Notes: generated by a model not told the origin, from the sequence alone. Positions 19,983 to 30,378 are shown, counted from the first letter of the stretch. The stretch: DNA of 64,000 nucleotides from an uncultured Chloroflexia bacterium (GCA_963837925.1 CAWIPK010000008.1:90708-154707); one strand, 5' to 3'. A program made the numbers and translations.

Positions 19983-21659
19983 GTGAGGTTGCACGTCCAT
20001 CTCTCTTCGGACTGGATACTCGACACCGAGATGCGCGAGTACCTTCCGCAAGAGACGGTCGATTTCTGCATCGTGGGCACAGGCGCCGGCGGGGGCGTGC
20101 TGGCCCAACGCCTGGCTGCCTACGGTTTTTCGGTGGTCGCGCTGGAAGCGGGCGACTGGCATGATTCAGAGACTGACATGGTGTCCGACGAGGCCGGCTC
20201 GACCCGCCTCTACTGGAACGACCTGCGCCTCACCGGCGGCACTGAGCCCTTGGAGCTCGGGGCCAATAATTCGGGCAAGGGCGTCGGCGGTGGCACGGTC
20301 CACTATGCCGGATTTACCCCGCGCCTGCACCCCTCCGATTTTCGCGTCAAGACGGAGAATGGTGTTGCCGTCGACTGGCCGATCGCCTACGACGATCTCG
20401 AACCCTACTACGAGCAGATGGAGCGCGAATACCCGGTCTCGGGCCCGGCTCACTATCCCTGGGGGAAGCCGCACGGCTATCGTTACGCGCCGCTCGAGGC
20501 GGGCACAGCCGGTCAAATGCTACTAAAGGGCTGCGCCCAACTGGGCATCCGGGCGGTCGCCGGCGGCCCGGTCGCGATCCCGGCCGGGCGCGCCGGCAAG
20601 CGCCCGCACTGCATCATGCGCGGCTTTTGCCTGTTGGGCTGCAAGGTGGGAGCCAAGAGCAGCATCCATCTCAGCCATATTCCGGATGCCATCGACCACG
20701 GTGCGGAGATCCGTACCGGCTCCATGGCCTACGAGATCCCGGTCGACGGCGCAGGCCGGGTGACCGGCGTGCGCTATTACCGCACCAAAGCAGATGGCCA
20801 GGTGGTGGCCGAAGAGCAGCAGGCGCGAGCCGTGGTGGTGGCGGGTTACGCCATCGAAACCCCGCGCCTGCTGCTCAACTCCCAGTCCGCACTTTTTCCC
20901 GACGGGCTGGCCAATTCCAGCGGCAAGGTCGGCCGCTACCTGATGGCGCAGGCGGGCCCGGTGGTCTGGGGCCGCTTCGACGACATGATCCGCCAGTATA
21001 AAGCGCCGCCGGCCTGTGCCTGCAGCGAGGAGTTCTACGAGACCGATCCCAAGAACGACTTTGTGCGCGGCTACGCGCTGCAGACCGTCGCGCCCCTGCC
21101 GATCGCCATGGCCCATCTCTTGACCGATCGCGACGGCCGCTTTGGCGAGGACTTGCTGCGCTCGATGCAGGATTACAACCACTATGCCTGCATCGGCGTC
21201 TTGGGCGAGATTTTGCCTGACGAGCGCAACTACGTGTCCGTGGCGGCCGACACGCGTGACAAGTTCGGGATTCCCGTGGCTCACGCACATTTCAATCTGT
21301 TCGATAACGACCGGCGCATGATCGCCGCCGGCATCCAGCGGGCGCGCGATGTTTTGCATGCGGCGGGGGCACGTGAAACGGATTTCGTCCATCGTTATGC
21401 ACACCTGGTCGGCACCTGTCGCATGGGCTTTTCGGCGCAAGACTCGGTGGTTGACCGCTGGCTGCGTACCTGGGATGTGCCGAACCTGTTTATCTGTGAC
21501 GGCAGCGTCCTGCCCACACAGGGCTCGTCTAACCCGGCCTTGACGATCTCTGCCCTGGCGGCACGTACCGCCGATTGGATACGCGGGGCGGCCCGACGCG
21601 GCGACCTCGACAGCCGGCCGGCCGCGGAGAAGACTCAGGCAGCCGTGGAGGTGTCATGA
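19983..21659 (+). CDS. GMC family FAD oxidoreductase (large subunit)
   Basis: IVGTGAGGG, GKGVGGGT, CIMRGFCLLGC, ETPRLLLNS, HLVGTCRMG, NPALTISALA. Alternative start at 20031. Confidence 0.92.
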   Translation: MRLHVHLSSDWILDTEMREYLPQETVDFCIVGTGAGGGVLAQRLAAYGFSVVALEAGDWHDSETDMVSDEAGSTRLYWNDLRLTGGTEPLELGANNSGKGVGGGTVHYAGFTPRLHPSDFRVKTENGVAVDWPIAYDDLEPYYEQMEREYPVSGPAHYPWGKPHGYRYAPLEAGTAGQMLLKGCAQLGIRAVAGGPVAIPAGRAGKRPHCIMRGFCLLGCKVGAKSSIHLSHIPDAIDHGAEIRTGSMAYEIPVDGAGRVTGVRYYRTKADGQVVAEEQQARAVVVAGYAIETPRLLLNSQSALFPDGLANSSGKVGRYLMAQAGPVVWGRFDDMIRQYKAPPACACSEEFYETDPKNDFVRGYALQTVAPLPIAMAHLLTDRDGRFGEDLLRSMQDYNHYACIGVLGEILPDERNYVSVAADTRDKFGIPVAHAHFNLFDNDRRMIAAGIQRARDVLHAAGARETDFVHRYAHLVGTCRMGFSAQDSVVDRWLRTWDVPNLFICDGSVLPTQGSSNPALTISALAARTADWIRGAARRGDLDSRPAAEKTQAAVEVS

Positions 21660-22462
21660 GCGGCATGGAATTGTGGTGGTTGGGACAGTCCGGATTCCGC
21701 CTGCGCGATCCGGGCGGTGGGCCGGTTGTGTTTGTCGACCCCTTTATTAGCGAGAACAAGGATCGGACCTGGCAGGCTCCTGTCGGGCCCGAGGCCCTGG
21801 CGCGGGCAGACGTGGTGCTGTGTACGCACGAGCACAGCGACCACTTCGACCGGCCGGCTCTGAAGGCGGCCAATTCCCTGCCGGGCGCGGCCTTCAGGCT
21901 GGTCGTGCCGCAGCCGATCGTCGACGAGGCCCTCGGGCTGGGTATCCCGCGGGAGCGAGTGTCAGGCGTGCAGCCCGGGCAGAGTTACGAATGGTCGGGC
22001 CTGCGCCTGACACCGGTGCCCGCCCGGCATGGTATCAACGTGGCGGATGCCTATTCCTTTGGGGAGCAGTTATCCGGCGGCGAAGTGCGCTACCTGGGCT
22101 ATCTGATCGAGCTGGGCGGCGTGCGAGCCTATCATGCAGGCGACACGCTGATCTACGACAAGCAGGCAGAGCAGATCCGGCCCTTCAAGCCCCACCTGGC
22201 ACTCTTGCCGATCAACAGCCGCGGCTTCTACCGGGAGACGGAGCGCAACATCGTCGGCAACGCCGACCCGCGTGAGGCGGCGAAGTTGGCAGTAGACATC
22301 GGCGCCCAGGTGCTGGTGCCGATGCATTGGGAGATGTTCGCCTTCAACCGCGGCTTCCCCCGGGATGTGGTGGCCTACGTGGTTGAGAACTTGCCCCAGT
22401 TGACTGTGCTGATCTTCGGCCGCGGCGCGAAGTTCACCTATTGTCCAAGCGAAGAACTCTGA
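21656..22462 (+). CDS. MBL-fold metallo-hydrolase (UlaG-like)
   Basis: WWLGQSGF, THEHSDH, YHAGDT, PMHW. Confidence 0.88.
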   Translation: MSGMELWWLGQSGFRLRDPGGGPVVFVDPFISENKDRTWQAPVGPEALARADVVLCTHEHSDHFDRPALKAANSLPGAAFRLVVPQPIVDEALGLGIPRERVSGVQPGQSYEWSGLRLTPVPARHGINVADAYSFGEQLSGGEVRYLGYLIELGGVRAYHAGDTLIYDKQAEQIRPFKPHLALLPINSRGFYRETERNIVGNADPREAAKLAVDIGAQVLVPMHWEMFAFNRGFPRDVVAYVVENLPQLTVLIFGRGAKFTYCPSEEL

Positions 22463-22465
22463 GTG

Positions 22466-24442
22466 ATGAGTAATAGCCACGGCTGCGCCCCCTATCCGCC
22501 CATCTCTGCCTACGCGATCATCGGCGACTGCCACACCACCGCGCTGGTGTCGGCTCAAGGCTCGATCGACTGGTATTGCCCGGGTCGCTTTGACGCGCCG
22601 GCTGCCTTCTGCCGCCTGCTCGATTGGCAGAAGGGCGGCTACTTCAGCGTAGCACCGGCGGGCCAATATCGGTCGACGCGTGGCTACCGGGCCGACAGCA
22701 ATATCCTGGAGACCACCTTTACGCTCACCGGCGGACAGGCCCGCTTGACCGATCTGATGCCGGTCTACGCCCGCGGCGAAGATCACCAGGGTTATGACGT
22801 GGGCGCGACGCACGAGATCCTGCGCCTGGTAGAGGCTAGCGCCGGAGAGGTGGAGCTGGAAGTGCGCTTCAAGCCGTCGTTTGATTACGCGCGGGCTGCC
22901 GCCGAGTTGAACGTCGTCGAGGACGGGGCCGTAGCGTACAGCGGGTCGCAAAGCCTGATCCTGCGCTGTCCCGGCCTGGCCATGTCTGCCGACGGAGACG
23001 GAACGCTGCGGGGTGTCCTGCGGCTCCGCTCCGGCGAGAGACGCTGGCTGGTGTTGACCGATAGCCCTGGTGGAGATCAGAACCCGCCCGTGCTGCGGAC
23101 GGCCGACCCGGACACACAACTTCGGCGCACGCTGGAGTACTGGATGGAATGGGCTAGCCACTGCCGTTACCGCGGTCCCTACCGGCGAGAGGTCATGCGG
23201 AGTCTGCTCGCGCTCAAGCTGCTCACCTACGAGCCAACCGGTGCCGTCGTGGCCGCACCCACTACCTCCCTGCCGGAAGTGATGGGCGGCCTGCGCAACT
23301 GGGATTATCGCTACACGTGGCTGCGCGATTCTGCGCTGATCCTCTACGCCATGATGACGGTCGGCTACCAGGAAGAGGCGGGCGACTTCTTCGAATGGCT
23401 CTGCAGGACTGAGCAAGCCGATCCTCAACCCGACCGGCAAATCATGTACACGATCAGCGGCGGGCGAGATATTCCGGAAACCGACCTGCCAGGGCTGGCC
23501 GGTTACTGTCGCTCCCGCCCGGTACGGGTCGGCAACAGCGCCGCGCGCCAGGTCCAGCTCGATATCTATGGCGACGTGCTCAGCGCGGCCTATCTGCACT
23601 TTTGTGGAACATCGCGCGGCCGGGCGACGGTTGGATCGCCGTCGAGCGGGCTGCGAGCGCACCAGTTGGACGGAGACACGTGGTCGGTCCTGCGGGGGCT
23701 GGTCGAACAGGCAGCGCAGCGCTGGCAGCAGCCCGACAACGGCATCTGGGAGGTGCGCGGCGGCCCGCAACAGTTCCTCTATTCCCGCCTGATGTGCTGG
23801 GCGGCCCTCGACCGCGGCACGCGGCTGGCCGAGCGGTTTGCCATGCCGGCTCCGCTCGACCGCTGGCGGGAGACGCGGGACGACATCCGCCGGGCCATCC
23901 TGACGAAAGGCTATGACCCGGAGCGTGGCGCCTTCACCCAGGCTTTCGGCAGCTCGGTGCTCGACGCCGCCGCCCTCTACATTCCGTTGACGGGCTTTCT
24001 TCCCCCCACCGACCCGCGCGTCAAGTCGACCGTGGAACGCATACGTCACGAACTGACCCGGGATGGACTGGTCTATCGCTACCGGGCGAACGACGGACTG
24101 CCTGGCGACGAAGCGACTTTCTCCCTGTGCACTCTGTGGTTGGTCGACAATCTGGCCCTCAGCGGGCAGCTGGACGAAGCGCACGATCTGTTCGAGCGAG
24201 TCTGCGGCTACGCCAATGACGTGGGTCTCCTCTCGGAAGAGATCGATGCCGCCACCGGCGAATTGACCGGCAATTTTCCTCAGGGGTTCACGCATATGGC
24301 GATCGTCGCGTCGGCGGTCAACCTGGCTAAGGCTGCCGGGCATGGCAGCGAGGAGGCGGCCGAGAACGAGGCCGAACGCTCCGAGCGAGCGCAGAGCTCG
24401 GCCGAGCAGGGGCATTCGGCGCGCCGGCCGCGCGGTCGCTAA
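22466..24442 (+). CDS. Glycoside hydrolase family 15 (trehalase/glucoamylase-like)
   Basis: YAIIGDCHTTALV, AAPTTSLPE, RNWDYRYTWLRD, QLDIYG, GIWEVRG, GLLSEE, GNFPQGFTH. Confidence 0.93.
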   Translation: MSNSHGCAPYPPISAYAIIGDCHTTALVSAQGSIDWYCPGRFDAPAAFCRLLDWQKGGYFSVAPAGQYRSTRGYRADSNILETTFTLTGGQARLTDLMPVYARGEDHQGYDVGATHEILRLVEASAGEVELEVRFKPSFDYARAAAELNVVEDGAVAYSGSQSLILRCPGLAMSADGDGTLRGVLRLRSGERRWLVLTDSPGGDQNPPVLRTADPDTQLRRTLEYWMEWASHCRYRGPYRREVMRSLLALKLLTYEPTGAVVAAPTTSLPEVMGGLRNWDYRYTWLRDSALILYAMMTVGYQEEAGDFFEWLCRTEQADPQPDRQIMYTISGGRDIPETDLPGLAGYCRSRPVRVGNSAARQVQLDIYGDVLSAAYLHFCGTSRGRATVGSPSSGLRAHQLDGDTWSVLRGLVEQAAQRWQQPDNGIWEVRGGPQQFLYSRLMCWAALDRGTRLAERFAMPAPLDRWRETRDDIRRAILTKGYDPERGAFTQAFGSSVLDAAALYIPLTGFLPPTDPRVKSTVERIRHELTRDGLVYRYRANDGLPGDEATFSLCTLWLVDNLALSGQLDEAHDLFERVCGYANDVGLLSEEIDAATGELTGNFPQGFTHMAIVASAVNLAKAAGHGSEEAAENEAERSERAQSSAEQGHSARRPRGR

Positions 24443-24594
24443 GCGGGGTGGGGTGCGGCGGCTTTACTTAACCGGGCGATGGGCTGTATACTCCGCAGCG
24501 ATAGTGGTCAGTTCGACGTACGCTGGCGGCGCGCCGCCGGTGCCGGACTGGCACCCGGCTGCCAGCCAGACGATCGTAGGAGCAGGCGCAAAGC

Positions 24595-26304
24595 ATGCAC
24601 GTGGAGGAGGAAGAGGGTTCTCTGTCCGTCAAGGCAGAGACCTATATTTTGGCGTTCGCCGTAGATAGGCCCTTCGTCTATCTTGACGATCCCAGCGGGT
24701 GCCGGATCGCCGAACTGTTTGTCCTGTCGAGTGTTCACCCGTTACACGATCGCGATGATACAGTAGGTGTTGGCCGCTGGCGCTGGGAAGAGAGCCCGGG
24801 CGAGATCGTTTTTTCCCTGGAAGTCGCCAGCTCCGTCTGGCAGTCCAAGATTTACCGCTTTCGCTGCCGGCCGCGGCGCTTTCTGTACGAGATCGAGATC
24901 GTGGGTGAGGGCCGGCTGGCGGAAGCCCACTATTTTGGCGGTTACTTCTCCGGCCAGGCGCGCTGGGGTTCGGGTTTCTTTCGTTCTGGCCAATCCTTCC
25001 GCAGAGGCTTCAATCCCGAGCCGAATAGCCAGGAAGTCAACTACTTCGTGCCTTCCGCCGGTTCGGTGATCGACTTGACCGGCGTTCCGTTGCCCGGCAA
25101 GGCCGGCTGGTTCTTTACGCCGCCGCCTTTCTGTTATGCCTTTCTCGCCAACCAAGGTTGGCTCGGGGTGGGAGTCGAGGCGGCCCCAGGCGCCAACCGC
25201 TACACCGAGTTCAGCTACTCCGGCGAGCTCAATTCGTTCTACCTCACGCTTGCCTACGAAGGCCACACTTCGGTCGCGGGGCGCTATCGTCTGCCGGCAC
25301 TAGGCTTTGACTTCGGCGACGACGAGTATGACGTGCTGCGCGCGCACGTGCGCGCTTTGGGCCTGGGTGGTCACCTTGGGCCGGCGCGGGCCCGCGTGAA
25401 GCCGGCGTGGTGGCATGAGCCGATCTTCTGCGGCTGGGGTGCGCAATGCGGCGCGGCCGTGCTCGAAGGCGGGCGTGCGCCCGACTATGGTCGCCAGGCG
25501 CTCTACGAGAGCGTGCTTGCGACGTTGGAGCAGAACGGGGTCTGTCCGGGTATCGTGGTGCTGGACGACAAATGGCAGGCGACGTACGGCGACAATCTTG
25601 TCGACCCGGCCAAGTGGCCCGATCTGCGTGGCTTTGTACGCAACCAGCACAGTCTCGGCCGTCGCGTGCTCCTCTGGCTCAAGGCCTGGGACCCGGAGGG
25701 GTTGCCCGCCGAGGAATGTATCAGCAACGCCGCCGGCCTCACCCTGGCGGTGGACCCCACCAACCCGGCTTATGTCCACCGGCTGTGCGCCTCGATCAAG
25801 ACAATGCTGGGACCGGATGGCTACGATGCGGACGGCTTCAAGATAGACTTTTCCGCCCGCATCCCGAGCGGCCCCGGGATGCACCTGCACGGTGACACCT
25901 GGGGCCTCGAGCTCATGCACACCTACTTGGGCGTGCTGCATGACGAAGCCAAGCGAATCAAGCCCGAGGCCCTGATCATGGCTCACACGCCTCATCCCTA
26001 CCTATCCGGCCTGCTTGACATGATTCGTCTCAACGACATCAACGTGGACAAGAACGTCGGCCGGGCAATGACCCTGCGCGCCAGAATCGCCGCCATCGCC
26101 TGCCCGGATGCCCTGATTGACACCGACAACTGGCCGATCCGCGACAAGGCTGCCTGGCGCGCCTACACCAGCCTGCAGCTCAGTTTGGGCATACCCTCAC
26201 TCTACTACGGCAGTCACATCGATTCGACCGGGGAGTTGCTGGAAGAGGAAGACTATGCGCTGCTGCGCGACACGTGGGCCGAGTATCGGGCAAGCCAGGC
26301 CTGA
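24595..26304 (+). CDS. Putative glycoside hydrolase, clan GH-D-like (GH31/GH36-type TIM barrel)
   Basis: VVLDDKWQ, KWPDLRGFVRNQHSLG, DGFKIDF (nucleophile-like Asp), MIRLND (acid/base-like Asp). Confidence 0.6.
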   Translation: MHVEEEEGSLSVKAETYILAFAVDRPFVYLDDPSGCRIAELFVLSSVHPLHDRDDTVGVGRWRWEESPGEIVFSLEVASSVWQSKIYRFRCRPRRFLYEIEIVGEGRLAEAHYFGGYFSGQARWGSGFFRSGQSFRRGFNPEPNSQEVNYFVPSAGSVIDLTGVPLPGKAGWFFTPPPFCYAFLANQGWLGVGVEAAPGANRYTEFSYSGELNSFYLTLAYEGHTSVAGRYRLPALGFDFGDDEYDVLRAHVRALGLGGHLGPARARVKPAWWHEPIFCGWGAQCGAAVLEGGRAPDYGRQALYESVLATLEQNGVCPGIVVLDDKWQATYGDNLVDPAKWPDLRGFVRNQHSLGRRVLLWLKAWDPEGLPAEECISNAAGLTLAVDPTNPAYVHRLCASIKTMLGPDGYDADGFKIDFSARIPSGPGMHLHGDTWGLELMHTYLGVLHDEAKRIKPEALIMAHTPHPYLSGLLDMIRLNDINVDKNVGRAMTLRARIAAIACPDALIDTDNWPIRDKAAWRAYTSLQLSLGIPSLYYGSHIDSTGELLEEEDYALLRDTWAEYRASQA

Positions 26305-26352
26305 GCCGGTGTCCTTTGCGGTGAGGCGCCCGAGCAGGGAGGAGGTCGATCG

Positions 26353-27501
26353 TTGCTCCGCGAGAGGATGACGCCGCGCGCGCGCATGATCGCTGCGATG
26401 TGTAACGAGCAGCCCGACCGGGTGCCGGTGGCCCCGGATATGTCAAACATGATCCCCTGCCGGCTGACCGGCAAGCCATTCTGGGAGATCTATTACTTCC
26501 GCGAGCCGCCACTCTGGAGGGCCTACATCGACGCCGTGCGCCACTTCGGTTTCGACGGCTGGTTCACGGATGGATCATTGCAGTACGAGTGGCCAGGCGA
26601 CCGTGCCGAGGCCATCGAGGACATGCAGAAGTCGGCCGAGCGCTGGGTGGTGCGTTACCGTGGCCGCATCGACGACTACGATTACCGTACCGAGAGAACC
26701 TACTACGTCGCCGATCCGCCGACCCCGACCGGCAAGCCGTTCTACGATATCGAACAGCAGTGGCCCCTGATCGAGAAGTGGTTCGCGCCGCCAGTGGGCT
26801 ACAACCCTTCGCTGCTGCAGCACCAGCGCCAGATGCTGGGGGAGTTGGGCGCTTTCGGCGTACAGGTCGGCTATCCCGGTTTTCAAACCTGGTTCTCGTT
26901 GTTCCAGGGTGGCCTGATGGATCTGAGCACCTGGTACTTCTTCAAGCACGACCACGTCGAGCGACTGCGCCAGCTTCACGAGCGGCAGGTGCTCAAACAG
27001 ATGGAGATGATCCTCGATGAGCGCCCGGATTTCGTCTTGCTCGGCGGATCGGGCACGCTCACTTTGCAGTCGCCGACCATCGCGCGCGAGCTCTCGCTAC
27101 CCACGATCCAGAAGCTGACCCGGATGGCCAAACAGGCCGGAGTGCCCACGATGTTGCACTCATGCGGCAAGGAGCGCAAGCTGGTACAGTGGTGCGCCGA
27201 GGAGACGGACCTGAACTGCATCAATCCCTTGGAGATTGCGCCGATGGGCGACTGCGACCTGGCTGAGGTGAAACGGGCCTTCGGCGGACGCCTTGCGCTG
27301 ATGGGCAACCTGCACACCACCCAGGTTATGCTGATGGGCACGCCGGCCGATGTCGACCGCGCTGCCCGCGAGGCGATCGATGCGGCCGGCGCGGGTGGTG
27401 GCTTTATCCTCTCGACCGGTGATCAGTGCGGGCGCGACACCCCCGATGAGAACATCCACAAGCTGATCGAGGTGGCCCGGACCCATGGCCGCTACGACTG
27501 A
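26353..27501 (+). CDS. Uroporphyrinogen decarboxylase/MtaA-like family protein
   Basis: MTPRARMIAAM..EQPDRVPV, LHSCG, LMGNL, GFILSTG..TPDENI; TTG start after GGAGG. Confidence 0.87.
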   Translation: MLRERMTPRARMIAAMCNEQPDRVPVAPDMSNMIPCRLTGKPFWEIYYFREPPLWRAYIDAVRHFGFDGWFTDGSLQYEWPGDRAEAIEDMQKSAERWVVRYRGRIDDYDYRTERTYYVADPPTPTGKPFYDIEQQWPLIEKWFAPPVGYNPSLLQHQRQMLGELGAFGVQVGYPGFQTWFSLFQGGLMDLSTWYFFKHDHVERLRQLHERQVLKQMEMILDERPDFVLLGGSGTLTLQSPTIARELSLPTIQKLTRMAKQAGVPTMLHSCGKERKLVQWCAEETDLNCINPLEIAPMGDCDLAEVKRAFGGRLALMGNLHTTQVMLMGTPADVDRAAREAIDAAGAGGGFILSTGDQCGRDTPDENIHKLIEVARTHGRYD

Positions 27502-27514
27502 CCGGACGGCTCGA

Positions 27515-29311
27515 ATGGATCGAATCAGCGAAAACCTGTACCGTTTCTGCGACACGTGCAACGTTTACATAATCCGACACGGCCGGGAGGCCGTGCTGGT
27601 GGACTTCGGCGCCGGGGATGTGCTCGGGCATCTGGCCGAGATAGGTGTCGAATGCGTGACCGACGTACTGATGACGCATCACCACCGCGATCAGGGGCAG
27701 GGGCTGGCGCGCGCGGCGGCGCTCGGCTGCCACATCTGGGTGCCTGCCGTCGAGCAGGATCTGTTCGCCAATATCGACGCTCACTGGCAAGGCCGCCCGG
27801 TCTACAACGACTATAACATGCGCCAGGACCGCTTTTCCCTGCTGGAGCCGGTGGCTTTCACCGGTCTGCTGCAGGATTATGCGACACTCCACTTCGGTAA
27901 ACGGTCCCTTACCGTCGTTCCCACGCCTGGCCATACTGTTGGTTCCTTGAGCCTGATCGGCGAGATCGACGGCCAGCGGGTGGCGTTCAGTGGCGATCTG
28001 ATCGCCGCCCCCGGCAAGCTCTGGTCGCTGGCTGCCACGCAATGGACCTACAACCAGGCCGAAGGGGTTGCGGCGGGCATCGCCTCGCTGCTCGACCTCG
28101 CCGGACGCGCACCGCGATTGCTTTTGCCATCTCACGGCGAGCCAATGCGCGAGCCGGCCGCGGCGATCGAGCTGTTGGTCGCCCGGCTGACCGAACTCCT
28201 CGCCTGTCGCCACGAGAACGAGCGCCTGGCGGAATGGTTCAGCGCACCCTATCTGCCCGTCACGCCGCACGTGCTCTGGAACCGCACCAGCCAGGCGTAC
28301 TCCTACGTGCTGCTGTCCGCGTCCGGCAGGGCCTTGTTCGTCGACTTCGGCTACGACTTCATGACCGGTTTCGCGGCCGGCGCCGATCGCGCCTCTCGCC
28401 GGCCCTGGCTGTACACGCTCCCGACGCTCAAGCGTGATTTTGGGGTGACCAAGATTGACGTGGTGATTCCCACGCACTACCACGACGACCACGTGGCGGG
28501 CTGCAACCTGTTGCGCGCGGTCGAAGGCAGCCAGGTCTGGGCCGCGCAGGAATTCGCCGCCATCCTGGCCGATCCCGCCCGCTACGACCTGCCTTGTCTG
28601 TGGTACGACGCCGTCCAGGTGGACCGTGTGCTGCCGGCCGGTCAGCCGGTGAATTGGGAGGAGTACCAGCTCCAGGTGCATCCGCAGCCGGGTCACACCC
28701 GGTACGCGGCGGCGATCACATTCGAGGCTGATGGGCGGCGCTTCCTCTGCAGCGGCGACCAATATGCCGACGAGGGGCTCGAGGCCTGGAACTACGTATA
28801 CCGCAACCATTTCGACACGGGTGACTACCGCGAGACGGCCGCGCTTTACGCCCGACTGCGCCCGGACGTGATCCTGTCGGGCCATTGGGAGCCCCACTGG
28901 GTGCGGACCGGCTACCTGGAACGGTTGGCGGAGAAAGGTGAGGTGTTGGAGCGCCTGCACCGCACGCTCCTGCCGCGCGACGACTTTGGCTGCGACGCCG
29001 AAGGGGGCATGGCGGCACTGCGGCCTTACCAGTCGACCGTGCTCGCCGGGCAAGAGTTCGAGCTGGAGGCCGAGATCACCAATCCGCTGGCGGTGGGAGC
29101 CGAGCTCGTCGCCCAGCTGGTGGTCCCGCCAGGCTGGGCGGCCGGGGAGGAAGTGCGCTTGCAGCTGGCAGCGCACGCCACCACCCGCCTGCCTCTGCGC
29201 CTGATCCCGCCGCCTGGTCTCCAGGTGCGTCGCGCGCGCGTTGCCATCGATCTGACCATCGGCGGCCGCCGGCTCGGGCAGCAAGCCGAAGCGCTGATCG
29301 ACGTCTGCTGA
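27515..29311 (+). CDS. Tandem (two-domain) MBL-fold hydrolase with C-terminal beta-sandwich-like domain
   Basis: Domain 1 THHHRDQ/PGHT/SGD/PSHG; domain 2 THYHDDH/PGHT/SGD/SGH. Confidence 0.85.
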   Translation: MDRISENLYRFCDTCNVYIIRHGREAVLVDFGAGDVLGHLAEIGVECVTDVLMTHHHRDQGQGLARAAALGCHIWVPAVEQDLFANIDAHWQGRPVYNDYNMRQDRFSLLEPVAFTGLLQDYATLHFGKRSLTVVPTPGHTVGSLSLIGEIDGQRVAFSGDLIAAPGKLWSLAATQWTYNQAEGVAAGIASLLDLAGRAPRLLLPSHGEPMREPAAAIELLVARLTELLACRHENERLAEWFSAPYLPVTPHVLWNRTSQAYSYVLLSASGRALFVDFGYDFMTGFAAGADRASRRPWLYTLPTLKRDFGVTKIDVVIPTHYHDDHVAGCNLLRAVEGSQVWAAQEFAAILADPARYDLPCLWYDAVQVDRVLPAGQPVNWEEYQLQVHPQPGHTRYAAAITFEADGRRFLCSGDQYADEGLEAWNYVYRNHFDTGDYRETAALYARLRPDVILSGHWEPHWVRTGYLERLAEKGEVLERLHRTLLPRDDFGCDAEGGMAALRPYQSTVLAGQEFELEAEITNPLAVGAELVAQLVVPPGWAAGEEVRLQLAAHATTRLPLRLIPPPGLQVRRARVAIDLTIGGRRLGQQAEALIDVC

Positions 29312-29328
29312 GCGAGGTCCGACAAGGC

Positions 29329-30378
29329 ATGACTATCCTGGCGGGGATCGACATCGGCGGCACCAAGTGCGCCGTCTGCCTGGGAGCGATTGAGGACGAA
29401 CAAGACGGCCTGCGCGTGTTGGGCAAGCGTCGCTTCCCGACCCCGCCAACACCGCCGGAGACGCTGGCTCGGTTCCAGCAGGAACTGGCCGGCCTCCTGG
29501 ACGAGCACGGCGTCTCTGCCGGCCCCGGAACGGCGCCGGCAGAGGGATCGCCCGGCAGCGCTGTCGGCGGCAAGCATACCCTCGCCTGGATCGGCATCAG
29601 CTGCGGTGGTCCCCTGGACAGCGCCGCCGGGGTCGTGTTCTCACCGGCCAACCTGCCCGGCTGGGACCGCGTGGACGTCGTGACGCCGTTCGCCGGCCGC
29701 TTCGGCGTGCCGGTGGCGTTGCAGAATGATGCCAACGCCTGTGCGCTGGCCGAGTGGCAGTGGGGCGCCGGACGTGGCTGCCGGAACATGATCTTTCTGA
29801 CCTTCGGCACCGGCATGGGCGCAGGCCTGATCCTCGACGGCCGGCTGTACTCAGGCACCAACGAGCTGGCCGGCGAAGTCGGACATGTGCGCCTGGCCCC
29901 CGACGGGCCGCTGGGTTACGGAAAGGCCGGCTCTTTCGAGGGCTTCTGCAGCGGCAGCGGCATCGCGAACCTGGCGCACGACCTGGCGGAGGAAAGCCTG
30001 CGCCGGCATCAGGCGCCGCTCTATTGCCCGACCGCGGCCGACCTGCCTTTTGTCAGCGCTGAAAAGGTGGGGCTGGCAGCCCAGGCCGGCGATCTCGTCG
30101 CACTGGCCGTTTTCGATGTCGTCGCCCGCCGGCTGGGCCAGGGCCTGGCGCTGCTGGTCGATATCCTCAACCCGCAGCGGATTGTCATCGGCAGCATCTG
30201 GAGCCGCCAGCGCGCGCTGCTGGAGCCGGCGACGTTGCGCGTGCTGCGGGACGAAGCCCTGCCACTGGCGCTCTCCGTCTGCCAGGTCATGCCGGCCGGC
30301 CTCGGCGAGAGCGTGGGCGATCTCGCCAGCTTGTCGGTCGCCCTCAATGCGCTGCGGACGGCCGGTCAGAGCCGCTAG
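29329..30378 (+). CDS. ROK family sugar kinase
   Basis: GIDIGGTK, NDANACALAE, GTGMGAG, AGEVGH; no HTH domain. Confidence 0.92.
   Translation: MTILAGIDIGGTKCAVCLGAIEDEQDGLRVLGKRRFPTPPTPPETLARFQQELAGLLDEHGVSAGPGTAPAEGSPGSAVGGKHTLAWIGISCGGPLDSAAGVVFSPANLPGWDRVDVVTPFAGRFGVPVALQNDANACALAEWQWGAGRGCRNMIFLTFGTGMGAGLILDGRLYSGTNELAGEVGHVRLAPDGPLGYGKAGSFEGFCSGSGIANLAHDLAEESLRRHQAPLYCPTAADLPFVSAEKVGLAAQAGDLVALAVFDVVARRLGQGLALLVDILNPQRIVIGSIWSRQRALLEPATLRVLRDEALPLALSVCQVMPAGLGESVGDLASLSVALNALRTAGQSR

Noticed and set aside
22070-24415. 781-aa antisense ORF over GH15
   Set aside because: Antisense shadow with no recognisable domain.
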